Part shown: positions 24,755 to 37,096 of the stretch, one piece after another
How positions within the stretch are numbered: the stretch's first letter is position 1
Layout: each line of letters opens with the position of its first letter
Source: Chiloscyllium plagiosum
Taxonomy: Eukaryota
Assembly (NCBI RefSeq): GCF_004010195.1
Contig: NC_057718.1
Location: 98,304,518-98,366,517 of the forward strand
Direction: 5' to 3'
DNA length: 62,000 bases
The notes under the pieces: model-generated
Seen by the model: only the letters and a program-made list of their open reading frames with translations
Database searches by the model: none
What the model was told of the DNA's origin: nothing
Program-made: the position numbers and the translations under genes

Positions 24755-27700
24755 GTAGTAGTTTCAGACATTCTGCGTCTATAGCATTAAATTGGACCGT
24801 GTTGATGAGGTGGAAAGCAAAAGGATTATTTACTTTCTTAACTAGCCCTCAAGTTTTCCCTTCTGTTACACTCGAGGACTTAATGAACGGAAGGGCATCT
24901 TTATCATAGTTACTGATGCTTAGAGAGTCTAAAACAATGAGTTGTTCACAGATGAAAATATCGCACATGCCAGGCTACCATGCAGAGCATCAGACAAGGG
25001 GAATTGCTACACAAAGAATTTTATTTTATTCCACAAGTCTTTTTTCGTTTGTTCATCTGTCAAAAAACACAAAACCTGAACAAACACATGGAATAGAATT
25101 GTGATTTAATTACTAGTTAATTGTAAAACCCATGTATTGAACCATTTGAGTCCTTTATTCGTTGATGCAGAGAACAAAAGGATTCGCCGCAAGAGAGCAG
25201 CATGAATACTGATGCGTGATGTTGTCCCTAGCATTGTATAGTGAATCAGTGCAAATTATCATTTAAGGTTGACGTGACATTAAGTTCTAATAGCTACTGC
25301 CTTTAAAAAACTGAGTACAGACCAGCTCGGTAACCATCATGATGTTCCCGAACAGTTCCGCTAATCTTTATAATTAGCATTTAAACAATTTGACTACTTT
25401 TGAAAGCTGCCTATCAAGCATTAGCCACAATGATCTGTGTTAAAAAGAATATGTAATGGTGCTCAGCACAATACCGATTCTGCCTGAAAAATATAAACTC
25501 TCAGCCGTTCACAAACGAGATATTAGATGCAAGAATTATTAGTATTTTAGTTTTAAGAAGGATTTTAATCTTTCTTTTTTAAAAAGTTTCTTAATTCAAA
25601 TAATAAGTTGAATGTTTTAGCCATTTTCAAAATGTAAGACTTTTAGTCAAACGCGTGTTCTTATTTCATAGACCATGCCTTTAGAAAATTGACGCTATAT
25701 TAACCGTTCTTTTCAAAAAAATCATCTTAAGCTAATTAACTTTATGGGTCCAAAGAAGCGTTTGCTTCAGTAATTATGTAATGCTGTTCATCAATCCGGC
25801 TGAATTGAAAATAATTTCCACTTACAGAGCGCAACTGAGAGGCTTAGAGCGTTGCTTAATGGTTTTGTCAGGTCATCTCACACAGGCATACAGAAGTACA
25901 TGTCTACTCTTACCTCAATAGATTGTAGATTCCATTGGTTTCAGTGGGATGACTGTTTTGGCCAGTTTGGCTGCAATGGCCTCACTGTCTAATCTCCCAA
26001 CTCCCAATGAGTGGGAGAAGGCATCAGCTTATATGATTAAGTTTGCAGCTTTTTTCTGCAGTATGTTTTACTTGCTAAACTTTCTGTCAACCATAAAGAG
26101 ATGTATTTAACCAATAAATCAGAGATGAGGCCTTAAAGTGAATACTCACTCAAATTGGCAGGATCATAAAATCTAGCTCCTGGTTAGTTTGATGGATCAC
26201 TACATAAAGACAATCATTAGTTGACTGTTGGGGATGTGTTAGAGGACACCCAATGTGTCTGAGTTGCCATATGACATGCACTTTTACACACATATTGTAG
26301 TTTGGGAATGTGATTCATGGTGAAAAGAACATTGATTCCTAATCTCTTGGTCTCGCAACCTTGCTTTAGTAGGCTTTTCAGATTGATAGTTTGGCCATGC
26401 TATGAACTCACCTCCCTTGGGCTTCAAGTCCTGGTCAGGGACTTGAACCTGGCACAGAGGCAGGACATTACCCACAGGAACTCCAAGGTAAATTGAAATA
26501 TCCCAGGGGTCACCTCCAGTCTGAGCTGAGTTAACTGATCTCATTGTAACTATGATTTATTTTTTTCCCCAGTAAATAGGAATGATGTTAAATGATGTCT
26601 CTGCCTCAGTATGGGCCAGCTTTTCATTCCTGAGGCAATGAAGTCGAGTTAAGAGATTTATTGACTCAACGTACGTGCCTCAGGCGACCGCACTTTTCAT
26701 TCTGGGGTGGGAGCAGAGTGTGGTCATTCCCGCTGCCCCCAGAGGTCAGTCAGAGCTGGACACAGAGACTGTTGAATGCAGACCACTCTCGGTACTCCAG
26801 GACTCCACGCTCGTTATTTTGTTAAATATTAAGTCATCTCGCCATATTTATTCAACCCCATCACCTTCCGCCACCCATTTCACATGCCCCGTCTATACCA
26901 ACTCATGTCCCCACCCAACCTGCTCCCATGGTGTAAAGAAGTCCTCCATGCCAGCTCATATTCCCTAACCACCCATCAACATTACCCCTTGTAGTCTCCA
27001 TGCCAATGTAATATCAACTCAAGCATAATCCTGCCCCATGGCATTTTGTAAAGCCCTGTTCTACATCCGTCACCAAATATTTTTGACACTGAGTACCTTG
27101 CCTACAGCCTAGCCTCACCCACCAGCCTTCGACCCCATCATGATTAATGTCATTACTTGCCCAACAAATCTCGCCAGAGCAGGCTTGGTTGCAGTCATTC
27201 ATAAATTTCTTTGAAGAGGCCACTGACAGAAGTGGGGATGGGGGTCTAGGAATGAGGTTGGGGTTTTTAAGGAGAGCGTTACGTTCTTTTCAACTCCATG
27301 ATTTACAATAATCAAGATTGTTGGTATACTATCAGAAAGCTTTGCATCTCTTCCTACGCTTTTTGTAACATCTGCCAGCCAAAATTCTCCATCAGCACTG
27401 CTCTTTGTATGGTGTGAACTTTTGCAAATCTGTTTGAGTACCTTCATCAAAATCTCAGGAGTATTTTCTGCTGAAGATGTTTTGAAGGTGCAATCTTTTA
27501 TGCCTCCAGCCAGCTTGGTGGTGGGCTGTATGTACCTTGCTACTGCAGTCTAATTGTTAAATAGAGGTATGTTGCTTAATAATCATCAACATAACTCATT
27601 TGTGCACTCCAGCTGATCTCGATATTTTTAGCATCTCCTCTTTCCCTCCATCTCTGTCATTGTTTTCGCCTGATTCTTCCATTCATTTTTCTGCAATCCC

Positions 27701-27951
27701 CTATTCACAGTCCTTCTGAAAAATGAGCATGAATGAACAGACATTTTATGTTATTTTGTTACTTACACTAGTAATCATCCAGTGAGAAAATGCAATAATC
27801 CAAAATATCATGTTGAATCTGTTGCTTCATTTTTCCCTTGTCCATTAGAATTCAGATGTAAAGCACATTTTTAAAATGTTTTAAGGACTGGCATTTCATT
27901 TTATTTACATTTTTCGTTTGTAATCACTGACTATTATTTTTGTACAAACAG

Positions 27952-27988
27952 CTGCTGAAATCATGTCATGCAGGGTCTGCCATTCAAG
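27952..27988 (+). CDS. PLCB4: PLCB4 37-nt alternative cassette exon (LLKSCHAGSAIQG)
   Basis: Acceptor tatttttgtacaaacag|CTG; donor AAG|gtagga; exactly 37 nt. Matches recalled human LLKSCHAVSQTQG, the frameshifting exon that distinguishes mammalian PLC-beta4 C-terminal isoforms. Confidence 0.92.
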
Positions 27989-29369
27989 GTAGGACTGTTC
28001 TTAATTACCAACCAACAATCAAATCTGTTGTTCCATTTTGACAGTACTTCATATTCAAATAACAATGAGCTTACAGTGATTAATATTAGTTGTTACATTA
28101 TTGATGTGAAAACTGAAACTTTTTGTGCATCGAATGAATTGTGGAACTTTGCTTGCCTAGCCTTGAGATGCTAGCAATGACTCCTAGGGGCAGAATCCAA
28201 AAGTAATTGGGTTTCAAAGGTAGCCAAATGGGTAGGGATCACAGATCTGTTAGTTGTGTGCACATGAGCATTGGAAGGGTGGTAAAAATGGAGGATGGCT
28301 TGCCGAAGTTGGGTTTTGGATAGAATCAACAGGAGGTGAGAGGAGTGGAGTGGTATTTGCGGCACCTTTCACAACAGTCATCAACTCTGTCCTTTCTCAT
28401 GGATTGCCAACACTGGGTACACATCTCCCATTACAACAGGTCGACCTGCTTTATGTGCCTCTCAAGTTCTAAACCTCCGCCCAACTGAAACTTGGCTACA
28501 TCCAACGCACAGATGTATAAAAAGAAAAGTGCCTCTTCTTGTTAAGACTCATGGTATTTATGAAACGTGAATGTTACCAGTCACTTATCACCCACCACTG
28601 TGAATCAAGCAGGCCCTTCGACTCCCTATCGAAAGGGGGATTGGCAGCATATTTGACGATTGTAAAATCAAAGTATTTTGGATGCTAGAGATCTGAAATA
28701 GAAAGTGAAGTTGCTGGAGAAACTCAGCAGGTCTGGCACTTGATAGTAGGTGGTAGAATATATAACAGATACTAAAATGATCTGCTGGCTCTCTCTGTAG
28801 AGATTCCTTGAACAGGGCCAACTATGAGAGGACTGGGGAGAAACTCATTGAACTAGAACCCAGCTTGAGTCAGCACTTTTGAGAGATGAGAGAGAATGAA
28901 ACTAAGGTCAATGCCCTGCCCCTTATAAGAACCCAAGGCAGTACACAGTTGTGGAATTTAGGTGGGATTATAGTCACCTCTGTCAAAATATTTGTACCAG
29001 TGTGACCATTTAAACTGTTCATTGAGTAAACTGTTGGATATGGAAGGTAACTACTTCAATGTCACACAAGTTTGAAGCAAACGAAATATATTCACTGATC
29101 AGGCCCTTGCTGCATAGTGTCAGTACCCAGGGCACACAATGGGACTTTGCAAATATGGCAGAATGTATTGTCAACAGGTTTCATCTGTGCCATACTTCCT
29201 GTGACTTAAAATAAGGCTAAGGAATATTCAGCGTACTAAGATAAATTCCAGTTCACTGTCAGAGTGTGTTTTAATTGATGAGTTTATGCCATGGCTCACA
29301 ACCTTTATACATTGAGCTCATTCTAAGCTGCTGCAGGAGGCACCATTAGTCCTTTGTTTCGAAAAAGAG

Positions 29370-29770
29370 ATGACTGCAAATGCTGCGAACCTGAAATAAA
29401 AGCAAAAACAATGCTGGAAATATACTCAGCAGGTGTGGCAGCATCTGTGGAGGGAGGGAAACAGAATTCGCTCTGTGACCAGTTGGAAATGGAATAGGAT
29501 TTCAGCAAGAGGAGAGCAGGAACAAGGTTGGAAGGAAAGTCTATAGCAGAGTGCAAGGCATTGAACAACAGAAGGGTTAATCCTCCAGGGTACAAGGGAA
29601 TGGAGATGAGGTGCAAAAGAAACAAACGATGTGGTGAGAGTGAGCTGCTGGCTGAGAGAGAACAAAAACTGAAAGCAGGAAAGAACGGGGAACAAAATGA
29701 GGAGGTTACATTCCGAAATTATTGAACTAATATTGAATTCGGAAGAGTGTAAGGTGTCAGTGAAGGATCA
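29370..29770 (-). mobile_element. Penelope-like 3' fragment, decayed
   Basis: Reverse terminal motif (tgctggaaatatactcagcaggtgtggcagcatctgtggag) and purine-rich UTR. Confidence 0.55.
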
Positions 29771-29783
29771 GATACTGGACTGA

Positions 29784-30545
29784 TTGACTGATTGATTGAT
29801 TGTTGTCACATGTACCAAGGTACAGAGAAAAGTGTTGTTTTGCATGCTATGCAGGCAGATTGTACCATACAAAGTGCATCAGTGTAGCACAAACAGAGTG
29901 TAGAATAGTGTTACAGCTGCAGAGAGAGGGATCAGAATGAATATTTGAGAGGTCCATTCAAAAGTCTGATAGCAGCAGGGAAGAAGCTGTTCTTTAATCT
30001 ATGTGTATGTGTATTCCATCTTTGATATTTTCTGCCCAACGGAATTGGGTGAAGTAGAGTATAACTGAGGTGTTGTTGATCATGTTGGTTACTTCCCAAA
30101 GCAGTGGGAAGTATAGATGGAGCCAATGGATGGAAGATTGGTTTATGTGTTCACAACTCTCTGCTGTTTCCTGTGGTCTTGAGAAGAGCTTGCCATACCA
30201 AGCTGTGATGTATCCAGATGGGAAGCTTTCTGTGCTGCATCTATAATAATTAATAAGAGTCCTTGTGGACATGTCAGATTTCCTTAGCCTTCTGAGGAAA
30301 TAGAGATGTTGATGTGCGTTCTTGACTGTCAACATGGGTGGACCAGGGCAAAATGTTGGTGATTGTCACTCCCAGGAATCAGACGCACTCAACCATCTCC
30401 ACTTCGGCTCCATTGATAGACAAGGGCATGCCCTCCACTCCGATTCCTGAAGTCAATGACCAGCTCCTTCATTTTGCTGACATTGTTGGAGAAATTGTTG
30501 TCTTTATACCATTCTGCTAAGTACTTGATCTTTTTTCTGTTATTC
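29784..30545 (-). mobile_element. Rex1/Babar-clade LINE 3' portion
   Basis: ORF fragments AHQHLYFLRRLRK...LINYYRCSTES..SGYITAWYG and RLKNSFFPAAIRLLN; (tgat)n tail. Confidence 0.85.
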
Positions 30546-30559
30546 ATAAACAAATGCTA

Positions 30560-30755
30560 TTCATCAAGCTTGCTTTAAGCAGCATTGGAATGGTGTAATT
30601 GGCTGAGGACAGAAATGTCAGTGTGAGAGCAAGGCAGAGAATCAAATTGACATGATACCAGAAGCTTAGAGTCAGGCTTGCAGGTAGAATGGTGGTGTTC
30701 TGCAAAGTGGTCACCCAATCTGCACTTAGTCTCCCCAATGTTGAGGTGACTGGCT
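30560..30755 (-). mobile_element. Penelope-like GIY-YIG fragment
   Basis: Peptide IGETKCRLGDHFAEH. Confidence 0.7.
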
Positions 30756-32414
30756 TTTAAGGTAAAACCTATCATGTCAAGAGTATTCAGTAAAGTGGAT
30801 TTTATTGACAACTTTAGAGATTTGACTTTCCCTTCCTCAGACATGGTTTCTTGCCATCCCCAACACAGCTATGAGTACCAGTGCAGATACCACCATTGTA
30901 TTATCAGTTGAGGAGTAGGGACTGGATTCGGTGCAGCCCATCGCAGTAGGAAACACAACGGCTGAACCACCCTCACAACAGGAGACACCCCGTTGTCAGT
31001 CTTCTGTGGTGGGAAAGCCTCTCATGATAAAGTTGGGGATGGGTAAGAGTGGGCCCGTTGGGTGGACTTGCCCACCCGCAGTTGGCAGTCATTTAAGCTC
31101 ATCGATTGTGCCAGTCGATTCCGATTATCCGTGACACGTTGGGATTTAGTTGGTGGCCCAGGGATTGCAAGGCAGCATCATGATGTCCCGTACCTCTGGA
31201 TAGCCACAGGAAAGCCCAACAGGCATTTAGCGCCTGATCGAGGGGCTCAGCAAAGAGCAGAGAGGGTCACCTATAAGTCCCATCTCTAGCCCTCCAACAT
31301 CTGTGGCCTGGTTCCCTCTCTTGGCATGTCACTGGCAGCACACACCACTTCTGGGCTGGGGTTACCGCCTGCAAAGCCCAGCCTGTGACCGACCCATGGC
31401 TTCCGGGGGGAGGGACTTCAGAATTTCCTTCCTGCACGTTGTTGAATCTCAAGGAAGGCCCAATGCTAGCCTGATAGGCACTTAATCCCGTCGCTCCCGC
31501 ACACCCCTAAAGAATGACACAGCTCTCCGTCTTAGAATGGAATCTCACCTCTGTGTCTCTGGGAGGGACATTCCAGATGCCAGGCAGGTCACATGATGCG
31601 ATGTTCTGGAGCTACTCCTGGATATGAAACGTGTGTTGAGCCACAGAGTCATCAGGATAAAATGAGAGGATGATCTCTTGAAGCCAAGGGTAAATCAAGA
31701 TGAGGAGACAGAAGGCATTCCCTGCTGAGCCAATATGGCTGGTAGTAAAAGGTGTACAACAACCCCCCCACCCCATCACTATGCAAAGGAATCCCACCCA
31801 GCCAATGCATTGACAATCCTCATTAGCTACACCCAGTGCACTTACCACATACATTCTCATCAAAATGGCCTTCTTGCTAACTTCATTAACATGCATCCCA
31901 TTTCTTGCATCCGCTGTTACTTTATTCATCAAACAATTGTGCTCAGAAACAGGCTTTTCCTAACCTTCTGAAGAAAATTCTTGACGCAGCTGAGTATGAG
32001 GAATACCAAATGCCATGCCTTGCTGGTGAGTTTTGTTTCCCTTGCTTCTGAATGTCGCTTCCTCTCCGTGATCACTGAGTTTGCTCCACACAAATCCCCG
32101 AAATACAGTGAAAGGAAATTATTGAGTATGGCATTCTGCTTCATGCCTGTCCTTATTTCCAGCAACCTGGAGTCCTTTAGACAGGTTTATACCCCAGTCT
32201 TTGTCTCAGGGCCCAGTCATAGGTATGAAGTCTGACCAATGGAAATGCAGTGCGATTATAAAACATTTGCACTTTGTCTCCTAGGAGGAATATGGCATGC
32301 CATCACAGGTGAATTGTCGGTGCTAATTTACAAGAAGGTTTTGCCACTTTTAAACTTGGATGTGAAATCAGGAGTCACGCACCAATAGAATATGTCATTT
32401 TCAGTCTAACACAA

Positions 32415-32574
32415 TGAGGAGGTGATGGTTTTGGACTAGGATGGACAAGGTCAGAAGTCACACGACACCAGGTTATCGTCCAACGGCTCCTGACGAAGGA
32501 GCAGTGCTCTGAAAGCTTGTGATTCCAAATAAACCTGTTTTACTGTCACCTGGTGTCGTGTGACTTCTGACCTT
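32415..32574. mobile_element. PLE-derived fold-back with hammerhead core (32490-32518)
   Basis: Arms aaggtcagaagtcacacgacaccaggt / acctggtgtcgtgtgacttctgacctt flank CTGACGA-A-GGAGC(AGT)GCTCT-GAAA-GC-TT. Confidence 0.8.
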
Positions 32575-33069
32575 AATTTAACAAATTCTCATTTTTACAC
32601 AGAATTGCTTTTTGCTGTTCCTCTCCTCATGTGACCCCACCAACATTTCTGCAGCAATTTTTATTCACACAGAATGAAAGTAGGATTGTATTTCTCATTT
32701 CTTTTGAACAATTTAATCGAATCACAGTTGCCATGGTACCATAATTATCACCAGCACTTTCATCAGAGTCATTGGGTTTTCAGCTTTGCTTCGGTTTCTT
32801 GGTTTTTGATAATATTTATAAAATTGTTGCGTAGTTTCAAGCTTGTGTTGTTTCCAACATCTTTTTCTTTCAAGTGATTTTCACATCAAAATATTTTTTC
32901 TTTTGTTTGCAATGAAACTAGTAAAAATGAGATTACTTTCACCCAAGGTGCATTTTAGTCCTTCATTAACAGACTTGACAGGAAAAATTAAAATCTCGAA
33001 TGGATCACCATTTAAATGTCTTTTTATTCCAGGCTAAGAAAACATAAGACACTCCAACTTTTATCATAA

Positions 33070-33670
33070 ATCATAGGAACACAAGACTGAGGAACACATA
33101 AGACCATTCAGCCCTTCGAGCATGCTGTACTATTCAATCAGATCATGGTTGATCTGGTCCACTGCCACCCATAACCCCTTAGCTCCCTTGTCTATCCAAG
33201 ATGTGGAGGTGTCAGTGTTGAACTGGGGTGGCAAGGTCAAAAATCACGTGACACCAGGTTATAGTCCAACGGGTTTATTTGAACTGCAAGCTTTCGGAGC
33301 ACTGTTCCTTCCTGAGGAAGAGGCAGGGTCTCAGAAAGCTTGTGGTAAAAACAAAACTATAACCTAGTGTCATGTGATTTTTGACTTTGTCTATCCAAAG
33401 CCTTTCTAACTCTGCCTTGAATAAATTCATTGACCCAGCCTTCACCGCTCTCGGGGAAAAGAATTCCACAGACATAGCCAACTTCTGAGAGGAAAGGAAA
33501 ATTCTCCTCATCTTCCTTTGGAAAGGGAGACCTCTTATTTTTAACCCGTGTCCCATTGTTCTAATGACCCTCACAACAGGAAATATCCTGTCAGCGTCCA
33601 CACTTGCAGCTCCTTTCAGGATCACATCTGTTTCAATACAATCACCTCTCAATCTTCTAAACTCCAAACT
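33070..33670 (-). mobile_element. CR1 3' fragment interrupted by a PLE fold-back (about 33200-33390)
   Basis: ORF SLEFRRLRGDCIET...; insert has inverted arms and ttgtctatccaa occurs on both sides (33188 and 33387). Confidence 0.75.
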
Positions 33671-33673
33671 TGT

Positions 33674-33979
33674 GGGTGGCACGGTGGCACAGTGGGTAGC
33701 ACTGCTGCCTCACAGTGCCAGAGACCCGGGTTCAATTCCCGCCTCAGGCGACTGTCTGTGTGGAGTTTGCACATTCTCCCCGTGTCTTAGTGGGTTTCGT
33801 CCGGGTGCTCCGGTTTCCTCCCACAGTCCAAAAATGTGCAGGTTCGGTGAATTGGCCATGCTAAATTGCCCATAGTGTTAGGCGAAGGGGTAAATGTAGG
33901 AGAATGGGTTGCGCTTTGGCGGGTCGGTGTGGACTTGTTGGGTTGAAGGGCCTGTTTCCACACTGTAAGTAATCTAATC
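33674..33979 (+). mobile_element. HE1-type V-SINE, full length
   Basis: tRNA head (tggcacagtgg; ggttcaattcc), V-domain (ggagtttgcacattctccccgtg...ggtttcctcccacagtccaaa), CR1-like tail and aatctaatc repeat. Confidence 0.92.
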
Positions 33980-34038
33980 ATTGGATCAACCCATCATGTG
34001 TCAAATGAGCCATCTCTGAACGGTTTCTAACTTAACTA

Positions 34039-34260
34039 AAAACCAGAAGAACTGCAGATGCTGTGAATCAGAAACAAAAACAGAAGTCGCGGGAGAAGCT
34101 CAGCAGGTCTGGCAACATCCGTGAAGAGAAATCAGAGTTAACGGTTCGGGTCCCTCAAAACAGGAGGGAAGGGTCACAGAACCGAAACGTTAACTTTGAT
34201 TTCTCTTCACCGATGCTGTCAGACTTGCTCAGCTTTTCCAGCAATTTCTGTTTTTGTTTT
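34039..34260. mobile_element. PLE-derived fold-back element
   Basis: Arms aaacaaaaacagaag..ctcagcaggtctggcaacatc..gaagagaaatcagagttaacg / cgttaactttgatttctcttc..gatgctgtcagacttgctcag..ttctgtttttgttt; remnant gaagggtc..ccgaaacgtt in the loop. Confidence 0.78.
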
Positions 34261-34832
34261 CGACTTGACTGTATCGTCTTTTTCTCAAATAAAGTGACCA
34301 AAATTGCATACTGCACTCCCCCAACATTAAAAATCAGCCTGATCGCACCCCAGTGTACTGATTCTAAAAGTTGGAATGTTGGGATAGTAAAGTTTAAAAG
34401 CTTTCAGCAGAAATAATCAGAGCCAGGATGAGAAATCGTGGATCTTGATGCTTCTTCTGCTGCTGATATGGGTCCTACTGCTCCCCAATACCTCCTTCCA
34501 ACCTTAAACCTTACATCTTCACATTTTTCAGATCCCCAGAATTGGAAACCATCGTCACATTGATGTTGAACAGTTCTATGTAAGATCCAAAACACTTCCC
34601 AGGCTTTTGTACCCAGTGACTCTATTGACCGAGCCAGTGGAAATTTCAGGTTTCCGTATGATACATATTACAGCTTAGTCAGACAATTACACACCACCTA
34701 GTCATTCATACTATGCAGCCAGCTCTGCTTCTTTGAAACGGGCCCTATGCAGTATTCAGACCTCAACATCCGAAAGACCATGCACACAAACAATAATCTT
34801 ATAGACAAACGAGACTATCTTGAACTAACAGT

Positions 34833-35040
34833 TAAAAATTACACAACACCAGGTTATAGTCCAACAGGTTTAATTGGAAGCACACTAGTTTTCGGAGCGC
34901 CGCTCCTTCATCCACAACCACCTGATGAAGGAGCAGTGCTCTGAAAGCTAGTGTGCTTCCAATTAAACCTGTTGGACTATAACCTGGTGTGTGATTTTTA
35001 ACTTTGTACACCCCAGTCCAACACCAGCATCTCCAAATCA
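34833..35040. mobile_element. PLE-derived fold-back with 13-bp TSD and hammerhead core (34922-34950)
   Basis: TSD ttgaactaacagt at 34820-34832 and 35041-35053; arms of about 80 bp; CTGATGA-A-GGAGC(AGT)GCTCT-GAAA-GC-TA. Confidence 0.88.
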
Positions 35041-35905
35041 TTGAACTAACAGTGGCATTCCATGGGTACATGACTCCAGGTTTCACTTTCAAGTTAAAAA
35101 ATGGCAAAACCATTCAATAAATTAGCATCAACTAACCTGGCTGCAATATTGTGCTCTCTCTATCCACACAAGTGGGCTTTCTCAACAGAAAAATCACATG
35201 TTTCATTGATGAGTATCTTCTAATGTTAGATTGAATCTAGCCATGCTTACAGATACAGCATGAAGCAGATAAAAGGAGAATAAAATACTGCAGATGCTGG
35301 AAATCTGTGTTATAAACCAAAAATGCTGGAAATGTACAGTCAGCTGGGCAGCATCTATGGAGACAGAAGGAGAGTCAACACTTCAGGTCTACAACTTGCA
35401 CTAGAACTTGAGGAAGAGTCACTGCCCTCTGTCCCTGTCTCCACAGATACCACCAAACATGCTGAACATTTCTAATGCTTCATGTTTCTTTTGGAACAGA
35501 AATAACCCCTTTGGTCACCCTTCAACATAAGGATCGGACTTTTCTCATTTCCCTTCAACAAGAAACCCATCGACAAGCTGCCTGAGCTCTGGTTCTGCAA
35601 GTTGTGAGGGGAACATATATCACTTACTGAACGCAACTAAAATCAATGTCAAAGCAAAAAAAAATTGGTAGACTCATTTTAAAAAATTACAAAACAGCGG
35701 AGCATTTTTGTTTTGCTTTTTCGCCGAAGGAGTCAAGCTTGAAAGAGACAGGCTCAGCCCCAGACCAGGGGCAAGCTAAGGAATTGAGTTTAATCAGCGC
35801 CTCTGGTGATGCTGACTCTGAGCTCAGCTCATTGGAATTCTTATGGAAGTGGGTTTTAGAGCAAGTTGTACTTTACCCTGGGTTTTCCTCTACTTTGTGC
35901 CTAAT

Positions 35906-36182
35906 TTAGATTACCTACAGTGTGGAAACAAGCCATTTGGCCCAATAAGTCCCACACTGACCCATTCCCCTACCCTATATTTACCCCTGATTAAGGTGTC
36001 TATCACTATGGGCAATTTAGCATGGCCTAACCTGTACACCCTTGGATTGTAGGAGAAAATCAGAGCACCCGGAGGAAACCCATGCAGACACGGGGACAAT
36101 GTGCAGTTGCTCGAGGCGGAAATCGAACCCAGGTCCCTGGTGCTGTGAGGCAACAATGGTAATCACTGAGCCACCATGTCCC
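35906..36182 (-). mobile_element. HE1-type V-SINE with internal deletions
   Basis: Reverse-complement similarity to 33674-33979. Confidence 0.88.
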
Positions 36183-36576
36183 CTTACTTCACTCTTGTGA
36201 AGAGCTGTTTAGAAAGAGAGGAGGTCCAGGACAATGTGTACACCCGTCCCCTCCACAGAACTTATTGTTTCTGTACCGTTCATTTCTACCCTCAGGGTAC
36301 AGTCGCATTCATGCTCTCAGTAACCCTCTCTCACACACACTCTCTCTGTCAGTCACACACACACACACATCTTTGAGGGAGGATGTGAGGGAACATAAGA
36401 ACACTGGACCAGAGTAAGACCACGTTCAGAATCAGACCCAAAGTGACCCATGGCAAAATAACATCACAGCCTCTCCTGCAGGACATGATGTGGAGGTGAC
36501 AGTGTTGGACTGGGGTGGACAAAGTTAAAAATCACACAACACCAGGTTATTGTCCAATATGTTTTTTTGGAAGCAC

Positions 36577-36605
36577 TAGATTTCGGAGCGCTGCTCCTTC
36601 ATCAG
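36577..36605 (-). ncRNA. Minimal hammerhead core (stem III palindrome mutated)
   Basis: Reverse complement reads CTGATGA-A-GGAGC(AGC)GCTCC-GAAA-TC-TA. Confidence 0.5.
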
Positions 36606-37064
36606 GTTGCTGTGGAACAGGATCATAAGACACAGAATTTATAGCAAAAGATCACAGTGTCATGCAGCTGAAATGATATATTGAATAAACCTAGATTTCT
36701 GTTAAGTCTTTCATCTTTTAGAATGGGTTGCAGGTTTCAGTTCATGAATATGTAAATTCCAGAACTCCCAGAGGTAGGAATTTATAAAATATTACATGGA
36801 TTGACTGCCTGCAGATTGAGTACTTTTTGAGCAAAATAGGATCTATCTGCAAATATAATTCTGCAAATGTAAATTCACCCCATAGACTTATGTGTGTGTG
36901 CACGCATGAGAGAGAGTGTGAATGTGTGTTTGTGAGTGCGTGTAAGAGAGTGTGTGTTTGCATGTGTGCACGCTTGGTAAAGTGTGTGTGTGTGAGTGTG
37001 ATGAAGTATAAGCCTGTGAGAGTATGTGTGAGTGTGGGGGGTGTATGTTTGTGTATAAGAGAGA

Positions 37065-37096
<32 letters not shown>

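Noticed and set aside
30860..32050. GC-richer block, possibly a Harbinger-type DNA transposon remnant (similar block at 47050-47850)
   Set aside because: No TIRs, TSD or transposase motif could be identified by eye.
33674..33750. tRNA genes suggested by A/B boxes here and at other SINE heads
   Set aside because: Each continues into a SINE body and tail; no complete cloverleaf.
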